Shown: positions 49,700 to 61,650 of the stretch, in pieces | Layout: each line of letters begins with the position of its first letter | Position numbering within the stretch: the stretch's first letter is position 1 | Assembly: GCA_043228905.1 (NCBI GenBank) | Contig: JBHGNT010000033.1 | Span: forward strand, 248,001-312,000 | DNA length: 64,000 nt | From: Azolla caroliniana | Lineage: Eukaryota > Plantae > Polypodiophyta | Direction: 5' to 3' | Notes under the pieces: model-generated | The model's database searches: none | The model's input: the letters and a program-made list of their open reading frames with translations, nothing else | What the model was told of the DNA's origin: nothing | Program-made: the position numbers and the translations under genes

Positions 49700-52600
49700 A
49701 TACCTGTGTCGTGTGATATCGGATTTTTGTGTTCAAACATGCTTTTAAAGCTAAGAACGCTAGCTATGATATTGAATTAAAAAATCAAGATTTCGAAACT
49801 CAGGTCCAGAGACATGAAAAAATTATCCAATTTGAGGAGGGACTTGAGAAGAGCGCGTGAGTCAATTAAAATGTTCATACCTGGCTCGTGTGATATCGGA
49901 TTTTTGTGTTCAAACATGCGTATCGAAGCTAACAACGCTAACTATGATATAGATTTAAAAAATCCAGAGTCTGAAACTCAGGTCGAGAGACATGAAGAAA
50001 TTAGCAAATTTGAGGAGGGACTTGAGAAAAGCGCGTGAGTCAATTAAAATGTTCATACCTGTGTCGTGTGATATCGGATTTTGGTGTTCAAACATGCTTT
50101 TAAAGCTAAGAACGCTAGCTATGATATTGAATTAAAAAATCAAGATTTCGAAACTCAGGTCCAGAGACATGAAGAAATTATCCAATTTGAGGAGGGACTT
50201 GAGAAGAGCGCGTGAGTCAATTAAAATGTTCATACCTGGCTCGTGTGATATCGGATTTTTGTGTTCAAACATGCGTATCGAAGCTAACAACGCTAGCTAT
50301 GATATAGATTTAAAAAATCCAGAGTCTAAAACTCAGGTCGAGAGACATGAAGAAATTAGCAAATTTGAGGAGGGACTTGAGAAAAGCGCGTGAGTCAATT
50401 AAAATGTTCATACCTGTGTCGTGTGATATCGGATTTTGGTGTTCAAACATGCTTTTAAAGCTAAGAACGCTAGCTATGATATTGAATTAAAAAATCAAGA
50501 TTTCGAAACTCAGGTCCAGAGACATGAAGAAATTATCCAATTTGAGGAGGGACTTGAGAAGAGCGCGTGAGTCAATTAAAATGTTCATACCTGGCTCGTG
50601 TGATATCGGATTTTTGTGTTCAAACATGCGTATCGAAGCTAACAACGCTAGCTATGATATAGATTTAAAAAATCCAGAGTCTAAAACTCAGGTCGAGAGA
50701 CATGAAGAAATTAGCAAATTTGAGGAGGGAGTGAAGAAGAGCCAGTGAGTCAATTAAAATGTTCATACCTGGCTCGTGTGATATCGGATTTTCGTGTTCA
50801 AACATGCGTATCGAAGCTAACAACACTAGCTATGATATCGAATTAAAAAATCGAGATTCTGAAACTCAGGTCGACAGACATGAAGAAATTAGAAAATTTG
50901 AGGAGGTACTTGAGAAGAGCGCGTGAGTCAATTAAAATGTTCATACCTGGCTCGTGTGATATCGGATTTTTGTGTTCAAACATGCGTATCGAAGCTAACA
51001 ACGCTACCTATGATATAGATTTAAAAAATCCAGAGTCTCAAACTCAGGTCGAGAGACATGAAGAAATTAGCAAATTTGAGGAGGGACTTGAGAAGAGCGC
51101 GTGAGTCAATTAAAATGTTCATACCTGGCTAGTGTGATATCGGATTTTTGTGTTCAAACATGCGTATCGAAGCTAACAACGCTAGCTATGATCTAGAATT
51201 AAAAAATGAAGATTTTGAAACTCAGGTCGAGAGACATGAAGAAATTAGCAAATTTGAGGAGGGACTTGAGAAGAGCGAGTGAGTCAATTAAAATGTTCAT
51301 ACCTGGCTCGTGTGATATCGGATTTTTGTGTTCAAACATGCGTATCGAAGCTAACAACGCTAGCTATGATATAGAATTAAAAAATCGAGATTCTGAAACT
51401 CAGGTCGAGAGACATGAAGAAATTAGGAAATTTGAGGAGGGAGTGAAGAAGAGCCAGTGAGTCAATTAAAATGTTCATACCTGGCTCGTGTGATATCGGA
51501 TTTTTGTGTTCAAACATGCGTATCGAAGCTAACAACGCTAGCTATGATATAGAATTAAAAAATCTAGATTTTGATACTCAGGTCGAGAGGCATGAAGAAA
51601 TTAGCAAATTTGAGGAGGGAGTGAAGAAGAGCCAGTGAGTCAATTAAAATGTTCATACCTGGCTCGTGTGATATCGGATTTTCGTGTTCAAACATGCGTA
51701 TCGAAGCTAACAACACTAGCTATGATATCGAATTAAAAAATCGAGATTCTGAAACTCAGGTCGAGAGACATGAAGAAATTAGAAAATTTGAGGAGGTACT
51801 TGAGAAGAGCGCGTGAGTCAATTAAAATGTTCATACCTGGCTCGTGTGATATCGGATTTTTGTGTTCAAACATGCGTATCGAAGCTAACAACGCTACCTA
51901 TGATATAGATTTAAAAAATCCAGAGTCTCAAACTCAGGTCGAGAGACATGAAGAAATTAGCAAATTTGAGGAGGGACTTGAGAAGAGCGCGTGAGTCAAT
52001 TAAAATGTTCATACCTGGCTAGTGTGATATCGGATTTTTGTGTTCAAACATGCGTATCGAAGTTAACAACGCTAGCTATGATCTAGAATTAAAAAATGAA
52101 GATTTTGAAACTCAGGTCGAGAGACATGAAGAAATTAGCAAATTTGAGGAGGGACTTGAGAAGAGCGAGTGAGTCAATTAAAATGTTCATACCTGGCTCG
52201 TGTGATATCGGATTTTTGTGTTCAAACATGCGTATCGAAGCTAACAACGCTAGCTATGATATAGAATTAAAAAATCGAGATTCTGAAACTCAGGTCCAGA
52301 GACATGAAGAAATTAGGAAATTTGAGGAGGGAGTGAAGAAGAGCCAGTGAGTCAATTAAAATGTTCATACCTGGCTCGTGTGATATCGGATTTTTGTGTT
52401 CAAACATGCGTATCGAAGCTAACAACGCTAGCTATGATATAGAATTAAAAAATCTAGATTTTGATACTCAGGTCGAGAGGCATGAAGAAATTAGCAAATT
52501 TGAGGAGGGAGTGAAGAAGAGCCAGTGAGTCAATTAAAATGTTCATACCTGGCTCGTGTGATATCGGATTTTCGTGTTCAAACATGCGTATCGAAGCTAA

Positions 52601-55100
52601 CAACACTAGCTATGATATCGAATTAAAAAATCGGGATTCTGAAACTCAGGTCGAGAGACATGAAGAAATTAGAAAATTTGAGGAGGGACTTGAGAAGAGC
52701 GTGTGAGTCAATTAAAATGTTCATACCTGACTCGTGTGATATCGGATTTTCGTGTTCAAACATGCGTATCGAAGCTAACAACACTAGCTATGATATCGAA
52801 TTAAAAAATCGAGATTCTGAAACTCAGGTCGAGAGACATGAAGAAATTAGAAAATTTGAGGAGGTACTTGAGAAGAGCGTGTGAGTCAATTAAAATGTTC
52901 ATACCTGTGTCGTGTGATATCGGATTTTTGTGTTCAAACATCCTTTTAAAGCTAAGAACGCTAGCTATGATATTGAATTAAAAAATCAAGATTTCGAAAC
53001 TCAGATCCAGAGACATGAAAAAATTATCCAATTTGAGGAGGGACTTGAGAAGAGCGCGTGAGTCAATTAAAATGTTCATACCTGGCTCGTGTGATATCGG
53101 ATTTTTGTGTTCAAACATGCGTATCGAAGCTAACAACGCTACCTATGATATAGATTTAAAAAATCCAGAGTCTCAAACTCAGGTCGAGAGACATGAAGAA
53201 ATTAGCAAATTTGAGGAGGGACTTGAGAAGAGCGCGTGAGTCAATTAAAATGTTCATACCTGGCTAGTGTGATATCGGATTTTTGTGTTCAAACATGCGT
53301 ATCGAAGCTAACAACGCTAGCTATGATCTAGAATTAAAAAATGAAGATTTTGAAACTCAGGTCGAGAGACATGAAGAAATTAGAAAATTTGAGGAGGGAC
53401 TTGAGAAGAGCGCGTGAGTCAATTAAAATGTTCATACCTGGCTAGTGTGATATCGGATTTTTGTGTTCAAACATGCGTATCGAAGCTAACAACGCTAGCT
53501 ATGATATCGAATTAAAAAATCAAGATTTTGATACTCAGGTCGAGAGACATGAAGAAATTAGCAAATTTGAGGAGGGAGTGAAGAAGAGCGCGTGAGTCAA
53601 TTAAAATGTTCATACCTGACTCGTGTGATATCGGATTTTCGTGTTCAAACATGCGTATCGAAGCTAACAACACTAGCTATGATATCGAATTAAAAAATCG
53701 AGATTCTGAAACTCAGGTCGAGAGACATGAAGAAATTAGAAAATTTGAGGAGGTACTTGAGAAGAGCGTGTGAGTCAATTAAAATGTTCATACCTGTGTC
53801 GTGTGATATCGGATTTTTGTGTTCAAACATGCTTTTAAAGCTAAGAACGCTAGCTATGATATTGAATTAAAAAATCAAGATATTGAAACTCAGGTCCAGA
53901 GACATGAAGAAATTATCCAATTTGAGGAGGGACTTGAGAAGAGCGCGTGAGTCAATTAAAATGTTCATACCTGGCTCGTGTGATATCGGATTTTTGTGTT
54001 CAAACATGCGTATCGAAGCTAACAACGCTAGCTATGATATAGATTTAAAAAATCCAGAGTCTAAAACTCAGGTCGAGAGACATGAAGAAATTAGCAAATT
54101 TGAGGAGGGAGTGAAGAAGAGCCAGTGAGTCAATTAAAATGTTCATACCTGGCTCGTGTGATATCGGATTTTCGTGTTCAAACATGCGTATCGAAGCTAA
54201 CAACACTAGCTATGATATCGAATTAAAAAATCGAGATTCTGAAACTCAGGTCGACAGACATGAAGAAATTAGAAAATTTGAGGAGGTACTTGAGAAGAGC
54301 GCGTGAGTCAATTAAAATGTTCATACCTGGCTCGTGTGATATCGGATTTTTGTGTTCAAACATGCGTATCGAAGCTAACAACGCTACCTATGATATAGAT
54401 TTAAAAAATCCAGAGTCTCAAACTCAGGTCGAGAGACATGAAGAAATTAGCAAATTTGAGGAGGGACTTGAGAAGAGCGCGTGAGTCAATTAAAATGTTC
54501 ATACCTGGCTAGTGTGATATCGGATTTTTGTGTTCAAACATGCGTATCGAAGCTAACAACGCTAGCTATGATCTAGAATTAAAAAATGAAGATTTTGAAA
54601 CTCAGGTCGAGAGACATGAAGAAATTAGCAAATTTGAGGAGGGACTTGAGAAGAGCGAGTGAGTCAATTAAAATGTTCATACCTGGCTCGTGTGATATCG
54701 GATTTTTGTGTTCAAACATGCGTATCGAAGCTAACAACGCTAGCTATGATATAGAATTAAAAAATCGAGATTCTGAAACTCAGGTCGAGAGACATGAAGA
54801 AATTAGGAAATTTGAGGAGGGAGTGAAGAAGAGCCAGTGAGTCAATTAAAATGTTCATACCTGGCTCGTGTGATATCGGATTTTTGTGTTCAAACATGCG
54901 TATCGAAGCTAACAACGCTAGCTATGATATAGAATTAAAAAATCTAGATTTTGATACTCAGGTCGAGAGGCATGAAGAAATTAGCAAATTTGAGGAGGGA
55001 GTGAAGAAGAGCCAGTGAGTCAATTAAAATGTTCATACCTGGCTCGTGTGATATCGGATTTTCGTGTTCAAACATGCGTATCGAAGCTAACAACACTAGC
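49700..55100 (+). repeat. Local 355-bp dimer (x3), 890-bp pentamer (x2) and a 3,380-bp offset copy
   Basis: 49814/50169/50524 step by 355. 50880/51770 and 51206/52096 are offset by 890. 50880/54260 and 51206/54586 are offset by 3380. Confidence 0.87.
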
Positions 55101-56199
55101 TATGATATAGAATTAAAAAATCGAGATTCTGAAACTCAGGTCGAGAGACATGAAGAAATTAGCAAATTTGAGGAGGGACTTGAGAAGAGCGCGTGAGTCA
55201 ATTAAAATGTTCATACCTGACTCGTGTGATATCGGATTTTCGTGTTCAAACATGCGTATCGAAGCTAACAACACTAGCTATGATATCGAATTAAAAAATC
55301 GAGATTCTGAAACTCAGGTCGAGAGACATGAAGAAATTAGAAAATTTGAGGAGGTACTTGAGAAGAGCGTGTGAGTCAATTAAAATGTTCATACCTGTGT
55401 CGTGTGATATCGGATTTTTGTGTTCAAACATGCGTATCGAAGCTAACAACGCTAGCTATCATATAGAATTAAAAAATTAAGATTTTGAAACTCAGGTCGA
55501 GAGACATGAAGAAATTAGCAAATTTGAGGAGGGACTTGAGAAGAGCGAGTGAGTCAATTAAAATGTTCATACCTGGCTCGTGTGATATCGGATTTTTGTG
55601 TTCAAACATGCGTATCGAAGCTAACAACACTAGCTATGATATCGAATTAAAAAATCGGAATTCTGAAACTCAGGTCGAGAGACATGAAGAAATTAGCAAA
55701 TTTGAGGAGGGACTTGAGAAGAGCGCGTGAGTCAATTAAAATGTTCATACCTGGCTCGTGTGATATCGGATTTTTGTGTTCAAACATGCGTATCGAAGCT
55801 AACAACGCTAGCTATGACATAGAATTAAAAAATCAAGATTTTGAAACTCAGGTCGAGAGACATGAAGAAATTAGCAAATTTGAGGAGGGACTTGAGAAGA
55901 GCGAGTGAGTCAATTAAAATGTTCATACCTGGCTCGTGTGATATCGGATTTTTGTGTTCAAACATGCGTATCGAAGCTAACAACGCTAGCTATGATATAG
56001 AATTAAAAAATCGAGATTCTGAAACTCAGGTCGAGAGACATGAAGAAATTAGAAAATTTGAGGAGGGACTTGAGAAGAGCGCGTGAGTCAATTAAAATGT
56101 TCATACCTGACTCGTGTGATATCGGATTTCCGTGTTCAAACATGCGTATCGAAGCTAACAACACTAGCTATGATATCGAATTAAAAAATCGAGATTCTG

Positions 56200-59100
56200 A
56201 AACTCAGGTCGAGAGACATGAAGAAATTAGAAAATTTGAGGAGGTACTTGAGAAGAGCGTGTGAGTCAATTAAAATGTTCATACCTGTGTCGTGTGATAT
56301 CGGATTTTTGTGTTCAAACATGCGTATCGAAGCTAACAACGCTAGCTATGATATAGAATTAAAAAATCAAGATTTTGAAACTCAGGTCGAGACCCATGAA
56401 AAAATTAACAAATTTGAGGAGGGACTTGAGAAGAGCGAGTGAGTCAATTAAAATGTTCATACCTGGCTCGTGTGCTATCGGATTTTTGTGTTCAAACATG
56501 CGTATCGAAGCTAACAACACTAGCTATGATATCGAATTAAAAAATCGGAATTCTGAAACTCAGGTCGAGAGACATGAAGAAATTAGAAAATTTGAGGAGG
56601 TACTTGAGAAGAGCGTGTGAGTCAATTAAAATGTTCATACCTGTGTCGTGTGATATCGGATTTTTGTGTTCAAACATGCGTATCGAAGCTAACAACGCTA
56701 GCTATGTTATAGAATTAAAAAATCAAGCTTCTGAAACTCAGGTCGAGAACCATGAAGAAATTAGCAAATTTTAGGAGGGACTTGAGAAGAGCGCGTGAGT
56801 CAATTAAAATGTTCATACCTGTGTCGTGTGATATCGGATTTTTGTGTTCAAACATGCGTATCGAAGCTAACAACGCTAGCTATCATATAGAATTAAAAAA
56901 TGAAGATATTGAAACTCAGGTCGAGAGACATGAAGAAATTAGCAAATTTGAGGAGGGACTTGAGAAGAGCGCGTGAGTCAATTAAAATGTTCATACCTGG
57001 CTCGTGTGATATCGGATTTTTGTGTTCAAACATGCGTATCGAAGCTAACAACGCTAGCTATGATATAGAATTAAAAAATCGAGATTCTGAAACTCAGGTC
57101 GAGATACATGAAGAAATTAGAAAATTTGAGGAGGGACTTGAGAAGAGCGCGTGAGTCAATTAAAATGTTCATACCTGACTCGTGTGATATCGGATTTTCG
57201 TGTTCAAACATGCGTATCGAAGCTAACAACACTAGCTATGATATCGAATTAAAAAATCGAGATTCTGAAACTCAGGTCGAGAGACATGAAGAAATTAGCA
57301 AATTTGAGGAGGGACTTGAGAAGAGCGCGTGAGTCAATTAAAATGTTCATACCTGGCTCGTGTGATATTGGATTTTTGTGTTGAAACATGCGTATCGAAG
57401 CTAACAACGCTAGCTATGATATAGAATTAAAAAATCGAGATTCTGAAACTCAGGTCGAGAGACATGAAGAAATTAGGAAATTTGAGGAGGGAGTGAAGAA
57501 GAGCCAGTGAGTCAATTAAAATGTTCATACCTGGCTCGTGTGATATCGGATTTTTGTGTTTAAACATGCGTATCGAAGCTAACAACGCTAGCTATGATAT
57601 CGAATTAAAAAATCAAGATTTTGATACTCAGGTCGAGAGACATGAAGAAATTAGCAAATTTGAGGAGGGAGTGAAGAAGAGCGCGTGAGTCAATTAAAAT
57701 GTTCATACCTGACTCGTGTGATATCGGATTTTCGTGTTCAAACATGCGTATCGAAGCTAACAACACTAGCTATGATATCGAATTAAAAAATCGAGATTCT
57801 GAAACTCAGGTCGAGAGACATGAAGAAATTAGAAAATTTGAGGAGGTACTTGAGAAGAGCGTGTGAGTCAATTAAAATGTTCATACCTGTGTCGTGTGAT
57901 ATCGGATTTTTGTGTTCAAACATGCTTTTAAAGCTAAGAACGCTAGCTATGATATTGAATTAAAAAATCAAGATATTGAAACTCAGGTCCAGAGACATGA
58001 AGAAATTATCCAATTTGAGGAGGGACTTGAGAAGAGCGCGTGAGTCAATTAAAATGTTCATACCTGGCTCGTGTGATATCGGATTTTTGTGTTCAAACAT
58101 GCGTATCGAAGCTAACAACGCTAGCTATGATATAGATTTAAAAAATCCAGAGTCTGAAACTCAGGTCGAGAGACATGAAGAAATTAGCAAATTTGAGGAG
58201 GGACTTGAGAAGAGCGCGTGAGTCAATTAAAATGTTCATACCTGACTCGTGTGATATCGGATTTTCGTGTTCAAACATGCGTATCGAAGCTAACCACACT
58301 AGCTATGATATAGAATTAAGAAATCGAGATTCTGAAACTCAGGTCGAGAGACATGAAGAAATTAGCAAATTTGAGGAGGGACTTGAGAAGAGCGCGTGAG
58401 TCAATTAAAATGTTCATACCTGACTCGTGTGATATCGGATTTTCGTGTTCAAACATGCGTATCGAAGCTAACAACACTAGCTATGATATCGAATTAAAAA
58501 ATCGAGATTCTGAAACTCAGGTCGAGAGACATGAAGAAATTAGAAAATTTGAGGAGGTACTTGAGAAGAGCGTGTGAGTCAATTAAAATGTTCATACCTG
58601 TGTCGTGTGATATCGGATTTTTGTGTTCAAACATGCTTTTAAAGCTAAGAACGCTAGCTATGATATTGAATTAAAAAATCAAGATATTGAAACTCAGGTC
58701 CAGAGACATGAAGAAATTATCCAATTTGAGGAGGGACTTGAGAAGAGCGCGTGAGTCAATTAAAATGTTCATACCTGGCTCGTGTGATATCGGATTTTTG
58801 TGTTCAAACATGCGTATCGAAGCTAACAACGCTAGCTATGATATAGATTTAAAAAATCCAGAGTCTGAAACTCAGGTCGAGAGACATGAAGAAATTAGCA
58901 AATTTGAGGAGGGACTTGAGAAGAGCGCGTGAGTCAATTAAAATGTTCATACCTGACTCGTGTGATATCGGATTTTCGTGTTCAAACATGCGTATCGAAG
59001 CTAACCACACTAGCTATGATATAGAATTAAAAAATCGAGATTCTGAAACTCAGGTCGAGAGACATGAAGAAATTAGCAAATTTGAGGAGGGACTTGAGAA

Positions 59101-61650
59101 GAGCGCGTGAGTCAATTAAAATGTTCATACCTGACTCGTGTGATATCGGATTTTCGTGTTCAAACATGCGTATCGAAGCTAACAACACTAGCTATGATAT
59201 CGAATTAAAAAATCGAGATTCTGAAACTCAGGTCGAGAGACATGAAGAAATTAGAAAATTTGAGGAGGTACTTGAGAAGAGCGTGTGAGTCAATTAAAAT
59301 GTTCATACCTGTGTCGTGTGATATCGGATTTTTGTGTTCAAACATGCGTATCGAAGCTAACAACGCTAGCTATGATATAGAATTAAAAAATCAAGATTTT
59401 GAAACTCAGGTCGAGACCCATGAAAAAATTAACAAATTTGAGGAGGGACTTGAGAAGAGCGAGTGAGTCAATTAAAATGTTCATACCTGGCTCGTGTGCT
59501 ATCGGATTTTTGTGTTCAAACATGCGTATCGAAGCTAACAACACTAGCTATGATATCGAATTAAAAAATCGGAATTCTGAAACTCAGGTCGAGAGACATG
59601 AAGAAATTAGAAAATTTGAGGAGGTACTTGAGAAGAGCGTGTGAGTCAATTAAAATGTTCATACCTGTGTCGTGTGATATCGGATTTTTGTGTTCAAACA
59701 TGCGTATCGAAGCTAACAACGCTAGCTATGTTATAGAATTAAAAAATCAAGCTTCTGAAACTCAGGTCGAGAACCATGAAGAAATTAGCAAATTTTAGGA
59801 GGGACTTGAGAAGAGCGCGTGAGTCAATTAAAATGTTCATACCTGTGTCGTGTGATATCGGATTTTTGTGTTCAAACATGCGTATCGAAGCTAACAACGC
59901 TAGCTATCATATAGAATTAAAAAATGAAGATATTGAAACTCAGGTCGAGAGACATGAAGAAATTAGCAAATTTGAGGAGGGACTTGAGAAGAGCGCGTGA
60001 GTCAATTAAAATGTTCATACCTGGCTCGTGTGATATCGGATTTTTGTGTTCAAACATGCGTATCGAAGCTAACAACGCTAGCTATGATATAGAATTAAAA
60101 AATCGAGATTCTGAAACTCAGGTCGAGATACATGAAGAAATTAGAAAATTTGAGGAGGGACTTGAGAAGAGCGCGTGAGTCAATTAAAATGTTCATACCT
60201 GACTCGTGTGATATCGGATTTTCGTGTTCAAACATGCGTATCGAAGCTAACAACACTAGCTATGATATCGAATTAAAAAATCGAGATTCTGAAACTCAGG
60301 TCGAGAGACATGAAGAAATTAGCAAATTTGAGGAGGGACTTGAGAAGAGCGCGTGAGTCAATTAAAATGTTCATACCTGGCTCGTGTGATATTGGATTTT
60401 TGTGTTGAAACATGCGTATCGAAGCTAACAACGCTAGCTATGATATAGAATTAAAAAATCGAGATTCTGAAACTCAGGTCGAGAGACATGAAGAAATTAG
60501 GAAATTTGAGGAGGGAGTGAAGAAGAGCCAGTGAGTCAATTAAAATGTTCATACCTGGCTCGTGTGATATCGGATTTTTGTGTTTAAACATGCGTATCGA
60601 AGCTAACAACGCTAGCTATGATATCGAATTAAAAAATCAAGATTTTGATACTCAGGTCGAGAGACATGAAGAAATTAGCAAATTTGAGGAGGGAGTGAAG
60701 AAGAGCGCGTGAGTCAATTAAAATGTTCATACCTGACTCGTGTGATATCGGATTTTCGTGTTCAAACATGCGTATCGAAGCTAACAACACTAGCTATGAT
60801 ATCGAATTAAAAAATCGAGATTCTGAAACTCAGGTCGAGAGACATGAAGAAATTAGAAAATTTGAGGAGGTACTTGAGAAGAGCGTGTGAGTCAATTAAA
60901 ATGTTCATACCTGTGTCGTGTGATATCGGATTTTTGTGTTCAAACATGCTTTTAAAGCTAAGAACGCTAGCTATGATATTGAATTAAAAAATCAAGATAT
61001 TGAAACTCAGGTCCAGAGACATGAAGAAATTATCCAATTTGAGGAGGGACTTGAGAAGAGCGCGTGAGTCAATTAAAATGTTCATACCTGGCTCGTGTGA
61101 TATCGGATTTTTGTGTTCAAACATGCGTATCGAAGCTAACAACGCTAGCTATGATATAGATTTAAAAAATCCAGAGTCTGAAACTCAGGTCGAGAGACAT
61201 GAAGAAATTAGCAAATTTGAGGAGGGACTTGAGAAGAGCGCGTGAGTCAATTAAAATGTTCATACCTGACTCGTGTGATATCGGATTTTCGTGTTCAAAC
61301 ATGCGTATCGAAGCTAACCACACTAGCTATGATATAGAATTAAAAAATCGAGATTCTGAAACTCAGGTCGAGAGACATGAAGAAATTAGCAAATTTGAGG
61401 AGGGACTTGAGAAGAGCGCGTGAGTCAATTAAAATGTTCATACCTGACTCGTGTGATATCGGATTTTCGTGTTCAAACATGCGTATCGAAGCTAACAACA
61501 CTAGCTATGATATCGAATTAAAAAATCGAGATTCTGAAACTCAGGTCGAGAGACATGAAGAAATTAGAAAATTTGAGGAGGTACTTGAGAAGAGCGTGTG
61601 AGTCAATTAAAATGTTCATACCTGTGTCGTGTGATATCGGATTTTTGTGT
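56200..61650 (+). repeat. 17-monomer tandem duplication, period 3,024 bp
   Basis: 56218/59242, 56900/59924, 57976/61000 and 58353/61377 are offset by 3024 = 3026 - 2. Both copies share the GACCCATGAAAAAATTAACAAA variant. Confidence 0.9.
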